NCBI GenBank assembly: GCA_030586555.1
Contig: JAURAC010000031.1
Location: forward strand, 1-37,575
Direction of reading: 5' to 3'
From: Candidatus Subterrananammoxibius californiae
GTDB taxonomy: Bacteria; Planctomycetota; Brocadiia; Brocadiales; Subterrananammoxibiaceae
DNA: 37,575 nucleotides
The notes beneath the pieces were generated by a model. The model made no database searches. It worked only from the letters and a program-made list of their open reading frames with translations, and was not told where the DNA came from. Shown one piece after another: positions 1 to 8,780 of this stretch (position 1 is its first letter; each line of letters starts with the position of its first letter). The translations under genes were made by a program, and so were the position numbers.

Positions 1-906
1 GGGGATTTTGAATCGTACGTTAGCAAATTTGGCAAGAAGCCCTCTGACCTTTTACAAACACATAAGGAGGCAAATATCCCGAGTGCCTTCGCAGGGGTGG
101 AACTGCTCCGCATGGGTCCCGGCGAGCCGGAAGAATTCCCACAAAGCTTTGTGCCGGATGGCGAGCAGATTGTGCTGGTTACAGTAAAGGGTTGGGATAG
201 GATGAGCGTTAAGCCCTTTATCATAGCTGGAAGGTTTCAGACGAACTGGTACGAGTTCGACAGGCAGTATATTTATATACCGCTTTCTGCTGCACAGGAA
301 TTGGTGGGGGCAAAGGACGCAGTTTCAGGCATAAGCGTTAGATTGGATGACTACAAATATGCCAACGAAATCCGAGACAGGATTCAGGAGTGGCTCGGCA
401 GCAGTTATAACGTCCATACATGGGAAGATACCAGAAAAACCTTCCTTACAGCAGTTGCACTTGAGAAGTGGATTCAGGTGATTATCCTTTCCCTGTTCTT
501 CTTTGTTGCTGGTTTTAATATATTCTCGATATTTATACTGATTGTGCATGAGAAGTCAAAGGACATTGGGATTCTAAAGGCGCTTGGGGCTACGGCGAAA
601 GGCGTTATGAGCATATTTTTGCTGTATGGACTCTCGGTAGGTTTAATTGGTTCAGGTATAGGTATTGGTCTTGGTCTTATAATAGTATATAAAATAAATT
701 GGTTAAAAGAGGTGATTTATAATCTTACAGGTCTTGAACCATTTCCGAGGGAAATTTACTATTTTAAGGATATTCCTACGCTGATAAGCCCTATTTTCCT
801 CACGGGTGTTATTTGCAGCGCAATACTGTGCAGTTTAGTATTTAGCGTATATCCTTCTATCCGAGCTGCTCGCTATGACCCCGTAGAAACGTTGAGGTAT
901 GAATAA
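1..906 (+). CDS. lolE: Lipoprotein-releasing ABC transporter permease (LolC/E family), 5' truncated by window edge
   Basis: Frame open from position 1. FtsX-type C-terminus (EKSKDIGILKALGA, PSIRAARYDPVETLRYE) and IYYFKDIP loop. lolD is nearby. Confidence 0.9.
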   Translation, partial: GDFESYVSKFGKKPSDLLQTHKEANIPSAFAGVELLRMGPGEPEEFPQSFVPDGEQIVLVTVKGWDRMSVKPFIIAGRFQTNWYEFDRQYIYIPLSAAQELVGAKDAVSGISVRLDDYKYANEIRDRIQEWLGSSYNVHTWEDTRKTFLTAVALEKWIQVIILSLFFFVAGFNIFSIFILIVHEKSKDIGILKALGATAKGVMSIFLLYGLSVGLIGSGIGIGLGLIIVYKINWLKEVIYNLTGLEPFPREIYYFKDIPTLISPIFLTGVICSAILCSLVFSVYPSIRAARYDPVETLRYE

Positions 907-907
907 A

Positions 908-1030
908 ATTGGGTTATAGGTAATGGGTGTTAGGTGATGGGATATTGGGAAGATAGGAAGTTAGGAAGTTGAGAAGATTGTCCGCCTGAGGCGGATTAAC
1001 TTCTCAAGTTCCCAAATTCCTAACTTCCTC
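908..1030. repeat. Composite repeat: 7-nt array, then 8-nt AGGAAGTT array in inverted pair around TCCGCCTGAGGCGGA; possible bidirectional terminator
   Basis: ggaagttaggaagttgagaag ... tccgcctgaggcgga (981-995) ... aacttctcaagttcccaaattcctaacttcct, between convergent genes. Confidence 0.75.
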
Positions 1031-1044
1031 TTCAAAAAAGCGTA

Positions 1045-1437
1045 TCAGTTTCTCAGCCACTTTGTTAGAACGTCCCTGCTTACCCGACCGACTAATGCCA
1101 CCGCGTTAACCTCCCCTGCCCCATTGAATATTGGATAGGTCTTTATTAGCAATGTATCCCCGGTATCCGGGTCATACATCTCGGTAAATGCAGGCTTGCC
1201 AGTTCTAATTGATTGCCAGGCAGGGCAATCCTTGCATATCGGAGTCATGGCATGTTTAATCGTAAAGCACTTTTTACCAACAGGGCACTCCGGGAAGAAA
1301 TGGACTGCAGCCTTGTTAATCTTAATAATGCGCAGTTCTGTATCGAAAACTATAACGGGGTCGGTAATGGCATCAAAAAGATTTTCGAGAAATTCGTTAG
1401 ATTCGGTTGTGGTCTTACTCCATCTGGCAATTTTCAT
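1045..1437 (-). CDS. Stand-alone PAS domain protein with Cys motif
   Basis: LFDAITDPVIVFDTELRIIKINKAA PAS start and VGKKC..CKDCP. Start at ATG 1437 preferred; the ORF extends to 1512. Confidence 0.75.
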   Translation of the reverse strand: MKIARWSKTTTESNEFLENLFDAITDPVIVFDTELRIIKINKAAVHFFPECPVGKKCFTIKHAMTPICKDCPAWQSIRTGKPAFTEMYDPDTGDTLLIKTYPIFNGAGEVNAVALVGRVSRDVLTKWLRN

Positions 1438-1611
1438 GGTGTTAAAATAGTCTCCATCCCTGCATGGGAAATTGTAGCGTATCTCGCTAACACGTGGAAT
1501 CGCAATTATCATGCCACAATCTTTTACTTGTTTAGAAGAGAAAGGGTTGTTTCTATAACATTAGCACTAATAAGGTGCTTATGGAGTAAGGAAGCTTGCA
1601 TGGGGTAAGTG

Positions 1612-1639
1612 GTAGGGGCATATTGCAGTGCACCCCTAC
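1612..1639. repeat. GTAG-type REP-like palindrome
   Basis: gtaggggcatattgcagtgcacccctac. Confidence 0.75.
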
Positions 1640-1684
1640 TTTTCAAAGAGGTAGTGTTCAGCGTAACAGGTGGAAATCAGCCAC

Positions 1685-1758
1685 TTATGAGTTTGGCGTT
1701 TGAGAAAAATATTCGTTCTTTTTTTTAACTCACAACTCTCAACCCTTAACTCTCAACT
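1685..1758. repeat. Heptamer (GAGTT/AACTC) inverted array element overlapping the yidD stop
   Basis: ttatgagtt...aaaaatattcgttctttttttaactcacaactctcaacccttaactctcaact. Same type as 26625-26712. Confidence 0.7.
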
Positions 1759-1958
1759 GAATCATAGCCCGACCCGCCAAATGGGTGGCATCTAAGAATG
1801 CGCCAGATACCCTTGCAAAGACCAAGTAAGATGCCCTTTTTCTGGATGGCGTCTATCATGTACTGCGAGCAGGATGGGTCATATCGGCAAGCCCGCGGAA
1901 GATGTGGTGATATGCACAGTTGGTATATTTTGATTAATCCAATCAGTATACCCTTCAT
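1746..1958 (-). CDS. yidD: Membrane protein insertion efficiency factor YidD
   Basis: [30 protein letters not shown] signature. Confidence 0.95.
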   Translation of the reverse strand: MKGILIGLIKIYQLCISPHLPRACRYDPSCSQYMIDAIQKKGILLGLCKGIWRILRCHPFGGSGYDSVES

Positions 1959-1961
1959 ACA

Positions 1962-2348
1962 TTAATCCCTCAAAGTAGGGGCAGGTTTGAAACCTGCCCC
2001 TACGAATTCTGCTGAAATCCTTGTTAATAATCTTTTAAATCCATCCTCAATGGTTGAAAGCGCCGGGGACGTCAACCCTGGCCTGGGGATTAAAACGAGG
2101 TCTACGCCAACTCCCAATAATCCTTTATTCAACCTGAAAGCCTCTCTAAGGATGCGTTTAACACGGTTACGTCTTACTGCATTGCCAACCTTCTTTCCTA
2201 CAACAAGTCCAAGACGTGATTTATTCATCCCGTTAGGCAGGGCATATACAAGCAACTCGTTATTTCTAAATGTCCTGCCCTCATCAAAAACACTTTGAAA
2301 TTCCTTTCTCTTTAACAACCTTTCTGATTTTGGAAACCTTGCATTCAT
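1962..2348 (-). CDS. rnpA: Ribonuclease P protein component
   Basis: RLLKRKEF..V, SRLGLVVGKKVGNAVRRNRVKRILREAFR (RNR motif). Confidence 0.95.
   Translation of the reverse strand: MNARFPKSERLLKRKEFQSVFDEGRTFRNNELLVYALPNGMNKSRLGLVVGKKVGNAVRRNRVKRILREAFRLNKGLLGVGVDLVLIPRPGLTSPALSTIEDGFKRLLTRISAEFVGAGFKPAPTLRD
1975..2003. repeat. GTAG-type REP-like palindrome inside the rnpA 3' end
   Basis: gtaggggcaggtttgaaacctgcccctac, a perfect 14-bp stem encoding VGAGFKPAPT. Confidence 0.85.
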
Positions 2349-2599
2349 GATAGATAATAGGCGATGGGCAACGGGTAATGGGCTATCAGTACAAAAGAAT
2401 TGTAAATTGTAAATTATAGATTTTAAAATTTAAATTCTGCCATGCCATGTCGACATGACGGGGCACTTTTCAATTCCTGAACCTGTCAGGAACAGGTTTC
2501 CAATTCTTTATCCATTGCCTATAGCCTATTGCCTGTTTAATATATAATAGCTAACTTCTTTTATTTGTTCAAGGGGAAATAAAAAATTTGCGTATCTCC

Positions 2600-2627
2600 T
2601 TGACAGTTTAAATTTTCCTGATAGAAT
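2600..2627 (+). promoter_or_regulatory. Sigma70-type promoter upstream of lolD
   Basis: TTGACA-16 nt-TAGAAT with TGn extended -10. Confidence 0.6.
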
Positions 2628-2637
2628 GTCCGAAGAC

Positions 2638-2702
2638 CGTGACTCGTCGCTCGTGTCCCGTTGCTCGTATTCCAAACCACGAGTCATGGATGACGAGTCA
2701 CG
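2638..2702. repeat. Heptamer (CGAGCGA/CGAGTCA type) inverted array in the lolD leader
   Basis: cgtgactcgtc ... gacgagtcacg 11-bp inverted repeat. Related units recur at 2759-2781 and 7007-7038. Confidence 0.75.
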
Positions 2703-2749
2703 AATCAAAGATAATGGGAGTTCTGTAATAATAGAAGCAAACAATTAAA

Positions 2750-3481
2750 ATGCTTTTAACGAGCGACGAGCGACGAGCGACAAATCACAAGAATAATTTC
2801 CTGTATGCAAGGGATGTTTATAAAAGATATAAAACACCAGAAAGGATGCTGCCCGTTCTCAACGGGGTTAATTTAACAATTGAAAAAGGGGGGATGGTCG
2901 CCATCCTTGGGGCATCCGGCGCAGGTAAAAGTACACTGCTTCACATACTGGGTATGCTGGATACACCTACCTCTGGTTCTGTAATTTACAGGGGAATAAA
3001 TGTAAATAAACTGAATCCTAAGGAACAGGCTAAGATACGGAATAAGTCTTTTGGATTTGTGTTTCAGTTTTATCATCTGTTATCTGACTTTAATACCCTG
3101 GAAAACGTGCTTATCCCCAGGCTCATTGGGCAAGGATTTTTTCAGTGGGGTTCAGTGAAGAAAGAGTACGGCGAGAAGGCTTTCGAACTGCTCAAGCGGG
3201 TGGGGCTTGGGGATAGGGTGATGCACAAACCTGACCAGCTTTCTGGCGGGGAAAGGCAACGGGTGGCTATTACAAGGGCATTAATAAATGACCCTGAGGT
3301 GTTGTTCTGCGATGAACCTACTGGAAACCTTGATACGGTTACCGGGGAGGGGATTCTTGAGCTTCTCTGCGAACTCAATAAATCACAAAATCAAACAACC
3401 GTGATTGTTACTCACGATGAACGGATAGCCAAACGTGCCAAACGTGTGGTCAAAATAATAGACGGCAAGATTGTAGAGTGA
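2750..3481 (+). CDS. lolD: Lipoprotein-releasing ABC transporter ATP-binding protein
   Basis: GASGAGKST Walker A, GFVFQFYHLL LolD motif, LSGGERQRVA, DEPTGNLD. Confidence 0.92.
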   Translation: MLLTSDERRATNHKNNFLYARDVYKRYKTPERMLPVLNGVNLTIEKGGMVAILGASGAGKSTLLHILGMLDTPTSGSVIYRGINVNKLNPKEQAKIRNKSFGFVFQFYHLLSDFNTLENVLIPRLIGQGFFQWGSVKKEYGEKAFELLKRVGLGDRVMHKPDQLSGGERQRVAITRALINDPEVLFCDEPTGNLDTVTGEGILELLCELNKSQNQTTVIVTHDERIAKRAKRVVKIIDGKIVE

Positions 3482-3490
3482 GTGCGAATT

Positions 3491-3544
3491 GTAGGGGCGA
3501 GGTTTCCTCGCCCTCTGTAAAGGGCAGGGGAACTCTGCCCCTGC
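3491..3544. repeat. REP doublet (two hairpins, GTAG end)
   Basis: gtaggggcgaggtttcctcgccc tctgtaa agggcaggggaactctgcccctgc, intergenic lolD-ilvE. Confidence 0.75.
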
Positions 3545-3589
3545 TGACATTTTTTTCTAAAAGTGGTGGGGAAAGGAATAAATTATTAA

Positions 3590-4459
3590 ATGGGTTTAAA
3601 AGTTTATATAAACGGTGAGTTAATCCCACAAGAGGATGCCAAGATTTCGGTCTTTGACCACGGGCTACTTTATGGTGATGGTGTTTTTGAAGGGATTCGC
3701 TCATATAATGGAAATGTTTTTAAACTTACCGCACACATAGATAGGCTCTATGAATCGGCAAAAGCGCTCGCCTTAAATATTCCCATGACAAAGGACGAAA
3801 TGAAAGCGGCGATTAAGGAAACCCTTGAGGCTAACAATTTGAAGGATTCTTATATTAGATTGGTTGTTACAAGGGGAATCGGGAAGCTTGGCTTAGACCC
3901 ATATAAATGTGCCCGTCCAGAAATCATCATTATAACAGATACTATTGAACTATATCCGAAGAAATTTTACAACGATGGTCTTGAGGTAGTTACCGTAGCA
4001 ACCGTTCGCAATCATCCAGAGGCAGTTGACCCAAGAATCAAATGTCTTAATTACATTAACAATATCCTGGCAAAGATAGAATGTCTGAATGCTGGCGCAA
4101 TGGAAGCAGTTATGTTAAATAGGGATGGCTTTGTAGCAGAGTGCGCAGGTGATAATATATTTATTATTAAAGAGGGCATACTTTATACTCCACCGTCTTA
4201 TGCGGGAATTCTTAAGGGAATAACACGTGACGTCATTATAGAATTAGCCTTGGAAAAGGGGATGGTTGTCAAGGAAGAGTTATTCACACGGTATGACCTA
4301 TATGTAGCCGATGAGTGTTTTTTATCAGGAACTGCCGCAGAACTCATACCAGTTGTAAAAATAGACGGTCGGCTTGTGGGTACTGGAAAACCAGGCAAGA
4401 TTACAATGGACTTACTAAAAAGGTATCAGGACCTTACCAGAAACAGTATCACAGAATGA
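3590..4459 (+). CDS. ilvE: Branched-chain amino acid aminotransferase
   Basis: AKISVFDHGLLYGDGVFEGIR, KCLNY, ILKGITR, ECFLSGTAAE (class IV PLP). Confidence 0.95.
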   Translation: MGLKVYINGELIPQEDAKISVFDHGLLYGDGVFEGIRSYNGNVFKLTAHIDRLYESAKALALNIPMTKDEMKAAIKETLEANNLKDSYIRLVVTRGIGKLGLDPYKCARPEIIIITDTIELYPKKFYNDGLEVVTVATVRNHPEAVDPRIKCLNYINNILAKIECLNAGAMEAVMLNRDGFVAECAGDNIFIIKEGILYTPPSYAGILKGITRDVIIELALEKGMVVKEELFTRYDLYVADECFLSGTAAELIPVVKIDGRLVGTGKPGKITMDLLKRYQDLTRNSITE

Positions 4460-4514
4460 ATAAACCTGCCTTTTTGAAAAAACTAAATAGAAATATCCAA
4501 ACACCTCTAAAGGA

Positions 4515-4976
4515 TTACTTCTTTTCAAAGAAGTAAGTTTCCAGTACCATCAACCCGATACCGAAGCATATAAGCGCATCGGCAATATTAAACGTTGGCC
4601 AGTAATATGCAGTTCCGAGATGAATATCTATAAAGTCCCTAACATAGCGGTAAATAATTCTATCCCATAAATTACCCACAGCGCCAGCCAAAATTAACCC
4701 CAGGGAAAGATTCATTAGTAGTGATTTCTTAGAACGAAAGTAAACCCAGATGATAACCCCAATGGCAATAAAGGAGAAAAAAATAAGGGCTCTACTTTTG
4801 CCCTGAGCAAAGCCAAAAATAGAGCCCCTATTCTCAATACACAACAAATTAAGAAAGCCGGGTATAATACTTACTTCCCCGGCTTCTTTTAACTTTTTAA
4901 ATATAATCCATTTTGTGAACTGGTCAAGAACAAAACCCAGAAAAGCGCTTCCCCAGAACTCCAGATTGCTTTTCAT
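4515..4976 (-). CDS. lspA: Lipoprotein signal peptidase II
   Basis: DQFTK, NRGSIFG, GAVGNLWDR, VRDFI, PTFNIADA. Start at ATG 4976 avoids overlap with dksA. Confidence 0.95.
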   Translation of the reverse strand: MKSNLEFWGSAFLGFVLDQFTKWIIFKKLKEAGEVSIIPGFLNLLCIENRGSIFGFAQGKSRALIFFSFIAIGVIIWVYFRSKKSLLMNLSLGLILAGAVGNLWDRIIYRYVRDFIDIHLGTAYYWPTFNIADALICFGIGLMVLETYFFEKK

Positions 4977-4987
4977 GACCTTCTTTA

Positions 4988-5371
4988 TTATACTGTACCG
5001 CCCCCTACTTCCTCCACCCTTTGACACTCGATGCAAAGTCTTGCATGAGGCAAGGCAACAAGGCGTGTCTTATTTATCTTCTTTTGACACGTCTCACACA
5101 CCCCAAAGGTTCCTTCTTCTATCTTCTCCAGGGCAATATCTATACTGCGCACCTCCTCTTCGCCATTCTGAATTAAATCAATCGTCAAATCACGATCATA
5201 ATTATCTGTTCCAATATCTGCCATGTGTATGGGAACATTCGAAAGGTCACCACAGGCGCTTTGCCTTGATTTATTCAATGCTTCACCATGCATAAAATTA
5301 ACGTTCCCAAGCAGCTTTGCCCTTCTTTCGAGAAGCATCTTTTTGAAATCGTTCATTTCCTTATCCTTCAT
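4988..5371 (-). CDS. TraR/DksA C4-type zinc finger protein
   Basis: HMADIGTDNYD coiled-coil tip, FGVCETC..RLVALP..LCIEC. Confidence 0.9.
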   Translation of the reverse strand: MKDKEMNDFKKMLLERRAKLLGNVNFMHGEALNKSRQSACGDLSNVPIHMADIGTDNYDRDLTIDLIQNGEEEVRSIDIALEKIEEGTFGVCETCQKKINKTRLVALPHARLCIECQRVEEVGGGTV

Positions 5372-5507
5372 TGTGACACTCCACCATCCTGATTAAACTG
5401 TAAAAAATGCAAACCAAAAATTCACCAAAACAACTCACATTCAGCGTATCAACAACGGGGGGCTTATTCTTAAAATATCGGAATACCCTGGGATTTCTTT
5501 AGTCTTT

Positions 5508-5536
5508 ATTCTATCAACGTAAAATGGCAAAGTCAA
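5508..5536 (-). promoter_or_regulatory. Sigma70-type promoter for the dksA-like gene and lspA
   Basis: Minus strand TTGACT-17 nt-TAGAAT with TGn. Confidence 0.6.
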
Positions 5537-5571
5537 GCAAATTTCACAGATTTAAGGGCAATAACCAACAA

Positions 5572-7257
5572 TCACCAACCCGGAAGTAATGAATGCTTTC
5601 CATAAAAATCTTTTAGCAATGACTCCGGATAGATGCAGAATGGGTATGTTCTATTTCTCATAATTTCATTTTGCAGAACTAATCTTTCCATCCGCTTAAG
5701 TTCGGTCTTCTCCTGTTCGGAATAAGGAAGAAGTTTGCATTCGAGGATGCTGTTAATTTCCCTTATTCTTTTGAAATTGCGAAGTTGTTCTGTATGATTC
5801 TGTATCCATGTACTTCCTATTATTTTCTGCTTCTCCATGATTAACGTGCTTATTTCTTTATCTGTTTTCAAATGTGCCGCAAGGTATTTCTCGGGATTAT
5901 AATGCATATCTCTAAGTAAAAGGCGATGAGCATTGAGGTCGGTCCGCCTGAGGGGGATAATATCAAATCCCTGAAATGGCAGATACAAGGTTGCAGATGC
6001 GGTTAAAAAATCAGGAGGCTCAACCCCAAAAAAATCTTTTATTAAAGAATTTGTAATAACATCATACCTTGCGCCCCCGATACCGTGAATAAACAGGTCA
6101 GAGAAAAACAATCTTGAGAACATGGTATTTGTAATTGCCCTGGGACGAATCTTAATACCGGAATTAACAAGTTCTTTTAACCTTACAAGTTGGGTTTCCA
6201 CCCCAACCTTGCCCTCTATATCAAATGCTAAGACAACCTGATTCTCGTATATTAAATCAACGTGTTTATTGTCCGCTCCGCCTGCGGCGGACACAAAAAG
6301 CCGTTTTCTTGGCTCTCCCCGACGCCATGCCCAGAAAGGCACCTCAACCATATTTTTGTCAACCATCAAATCCGGGAGTGGTTGTGCCTTTGAACGTAAT
6401 TTATGCGCCTTCCTGTAAAACCCAAGTGTACAGTTATAAATACTGGCAAATCGCCTACAATCAGACAAGATTGCCAGGAAGAAAATCAGGAAACTATCGC
6501 ACTCACATATCTTTGAAACAGGAACCTCAAGGTTATAGATACCAAAGGAGTCCTCAAACTTGCGCCTTGCAATGGTCAAAATCTCTCCTATATTGGTCCG
6601 CCTGAGGCGGATTGAGGCGTCAATCATAAGATTAGCAAACTTTTCAAATGTTTCTGAGCCCCCAGAGACGGACCTGTTCAAACATGCAAGCACCTTATCC
6701 CTGAAAGATATTACTCTATTAGCATCACCAAACGACAACGCCTCAAATGCCAGATTAGCACCCCGTTCTACAAATTCAATCTTTTCCAACGTTATTTCTC
6801 GCCCCCCCACCTTATCCTCCCCCTCGAGGGGGGAGGGGTGGGTGGGGGTGGGTACGTATATCCAGTTTTCATGACACACGTCGTTGTCAATGGAAATATT
6901 GATACTCGTACCGTTAACACGTTTAGCAATATGATAGGCGAGATGGTTCTTTAGCCAGATTCCAGGATGATAAAAGGTGGGCTGATACCCTGTCTGGATT
7001 ATTGTTTCGTCGCTCGTTGCTCGTTGCTCGTTGCCCGTGATTTTTTTTGTATATTCAATTGCCTTCTGGAGAACTTCACGTCGAACCATGCTGCGAAATT
7101 TCCGGAATGGAATGCCGCATATGATAGGGGCGTATTGTAATACGCCCTTACCGAATTTACTTTTATTGGAATGGATTAACTCAAGGATGCGACCTGGTGG
7201 CGGATCAATAAAGATTTCCCTGTCTTTGCTGGGTACTTCATACGTTTGCCTTCTCAT
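5572..7257 (-). CDS. Conserved hypothetical protein, possibly a distant BshC-like ligase, with several in-frame repeat insertions
   Basis: 561 aa. Motifs IQTGYQP..YHPGIWLKN and LFIHGIGGARYD, plus a C-terminal coiled coil. BshC resemblance judged by eye only. Confidence 0.6.
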   Translation of the reverse strand: MRRQTYEVPSKDREIFIDPPPGRILELIHSNKSKFGKGVLQYAPIICGIPFRKFRSMVRREVLQKAIEYTKKITGNEQRATSDETIIQTGYQPTFYHPGIWLKNHLAYHIAKRVNGTSINISIDNDVCHENWIYVPTPTHPSPLEGEDKVGGREITLEKIEFVERGANLAFEALSFGDANRVISFRDKVLACLNRSVSGGSETFEKFANLMIDASIRLRRTNIGEILTIARRKFEDSFGIYNLEVPVSKICECDSFLIFFLAILSDCRRFASIYNCTLGFYRKAHKLRSKAQPLPDLMVDKNMVEVPFWAWRRGEPRKRLFVSAAGGADNKHVDLIYENQVVLAFDIEGKVGVETQLVRLKELVNSGIKIRPRAITNTMFSRLFFSDLFIHGIGGARYDVITNSLIKDFFGVEPPDFLTASATLYLPFQGFDIIPLRRTDLNAHRLLLRDMHYNPEKYLAAHLKTDKEISTLIMEKQKIIGSTWIQNHTEQLRNFKRIREINSILECKLLPYSEQEKTELKRMERLVLQNEIMRNRTYPFCIYPESLLKDFYGKHSLLPGW

Positions 7258-7276
7258 TTTTCATTATGTACCAATG

Positions 7277-8593
7277 TCACAGCTTAGTAGCAAGCTTTAT
7301 TAATAACGGTAAAAGTTGCGTGCCGAGCAACCTCCCAAGCACACCCTTCTTGCAAGCCCTTTCAGAAAAAAGGTAGGGTGGCATGGACAAACTTGTTTGT
7401 CCGTGTCCTTTAACGCCGCCACCACATATAAGCACTGGCACAGGGTCGTCGGAATGCGATTTTAATCTGCAAGGGGTAGAATGGTCAGCGGTAATTGTGA
7501 TAATCGTATCCTTTAAATCAATCTTTTCAAGTATCGAACCAATGTAATGACTATCAATTGCCTCAATTACCGCCTTCTTACCACGAACATCCCCATCGTG
7601 ACCCGGCAGGTCTGGACCTTTGATGTGCACGTATAACCCATCATAATTCTTAATATGCCTCAGCGTTAAATCGGCACGGAGAGAATAGTCTTTCTTCAGG
7701 TTTTTGGTAGGCACTGGAAGCGGCACTATATCCATCCCTGTTAATAGAGCAATACCTTCTTCTACCGGCATCTCAACAAAGCATCCAAATGATAGATTAA
7801 ATTTTTTTTCGATACTCGGTAACCGAGGCAGACGGTCGCCCGCATCCCGAAGCAGGATTAAGTTGGCTGGCAAAAGCCCATTCTTAATCCTTTTCTGATT
7901 TATCTTCGATTCATCGAGCGCCTCGCAACTTTTAAGCATAAACTCATTAGTTAAGAGGGCAGCTCGTAGAGACGCAATATTTTGCGTCTCTACAGGCTTA
8001 CAGTATTCAATTTCATTACGATATGTTCCCTCTTCCCTTGAAACCCCCAGAGAGCCCTCTTTTGCGTAAGCCGGGTCTGTATTTGTTACATTGCCCGATA
8101 GTTTACCGGATTTACTGCGAATCACAAGCACCGCCCTATGTCCGACTGTGTTTTTGAATTCAAAGGTAGCAGGAACAGAATCAAGCTTGACCCTTGAATT
8201 GATTTCCTTACATAAAAGCGCTGCCTCCTTATCGGAGAGATTTCTTCCGCATCTTCTATCCCTGATCCCCCTTCCGCTTCCCCTCGTTGCAAAGTTTGCC
8301 CTGAATGCCAAATCTCCATCATTAACCTTAAGTCCTGAGGCATGACATTCAAGTGGTCCACGTCCTGTGTAGTATTTTTTTACATCGTAGCCGAGGATGC
8401 TCATTACGGCAATATCTGATTCGGGGGCTATACCTTTCCCCACTGTATACATAAGCCCCGTTTGACCAATCCCGGCAAGATAATCCATGTTAGGCGTATG
8501 GGCAGCCTCAAGAGGGGTTTTGCCTCCAAGTTCTTTATAACCAATCTCGCCGTCACTAAGGCCGTCAAGCACTATGTAAAGAATCTTTCGCAT
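7277..8593 (-). CDS. apgM: Cofactor-independent phosphoglycerate mutase, ApgM/archaeal type
   Basis: IVLDGLSD, TPLEAAHTPNMD, PESD, YYTGRGPLE, HIKGPDLPGHDG, TADHSTP, HSDDPVP. AGGAG RBS before ATG 8593. Confidence 0.9.
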   Translation of the reverse strand: MRKILYIVLDGLSDGEIGYKELGGKTPLEAAHTPNMDYLAGIGQTGLMYTVGKGIAPESDIAVMSILGYDVKKYYTGRGPLECHASGLKVNDGDLAFRANFATRGSGRGIRDRRCGRNLSDKEAALLCKEINSRVKLDSVPATFEFKNTVGHRAVLVIRSKSGKLSGNVTNTDPAYAKEGSLGVSREEGTYRNEIEYCKPVETQNIASLRAALLTNEFMLKSCEALDESKINQKRIKNGLLPANLILLRDAGDRLPRLPSIEKKFNLSFGCFVEMPVEEGIALLTGMDIVPLPVPTKNLKKDYSLRADLTLRHIKNYDGLYVHIKGPDLPGHDGDVRGKKAVIEAIDSHYIGSILEKIDLKDTIITITADHSTPCRLKSHSDDPVPVLICGGGVKGHGQTSLSMPPYLFSERACKKGVLGRLLGTQLLPLLIKLATKL

Positions 8594-8639
8594 GAGTAAC
8601 ACCTTCTCCTTTTTATACCGTTCTGTATTTTTCTACGCC

Positions 8640-8780
8640 GATTTCGTAAAGGTCACCGCTGTAGGCTTTGGTCCCGGAGGCGAAGGACAAGCCCACATCG
8701 CAAACGAATCCATTAGCATCCAGGAACTCAAGGACTTCGCAGTCATCATGGGCTTAATTACTTCCGATTTGTTGAAATAG
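8640..8780 (+). pseudogene. C-terminal remnant of an M20 (ArgE/DapE-like) metallopeptidase
   Basis: AVGFGPGGEGQAHIANESISIQELKDFA matches the M20 C-terminal FGPG..AH..NE motif. No N-terminal part is present. Confidence 0.7.

Noticed and set aside
5523..5540. Possible sigma-54 promoter TGGCAAAGTCAAGC
   Set aside because: GG-to-GC spacing is 9 rather than 10, and the opposite strand gives a good sigma70 promoter.
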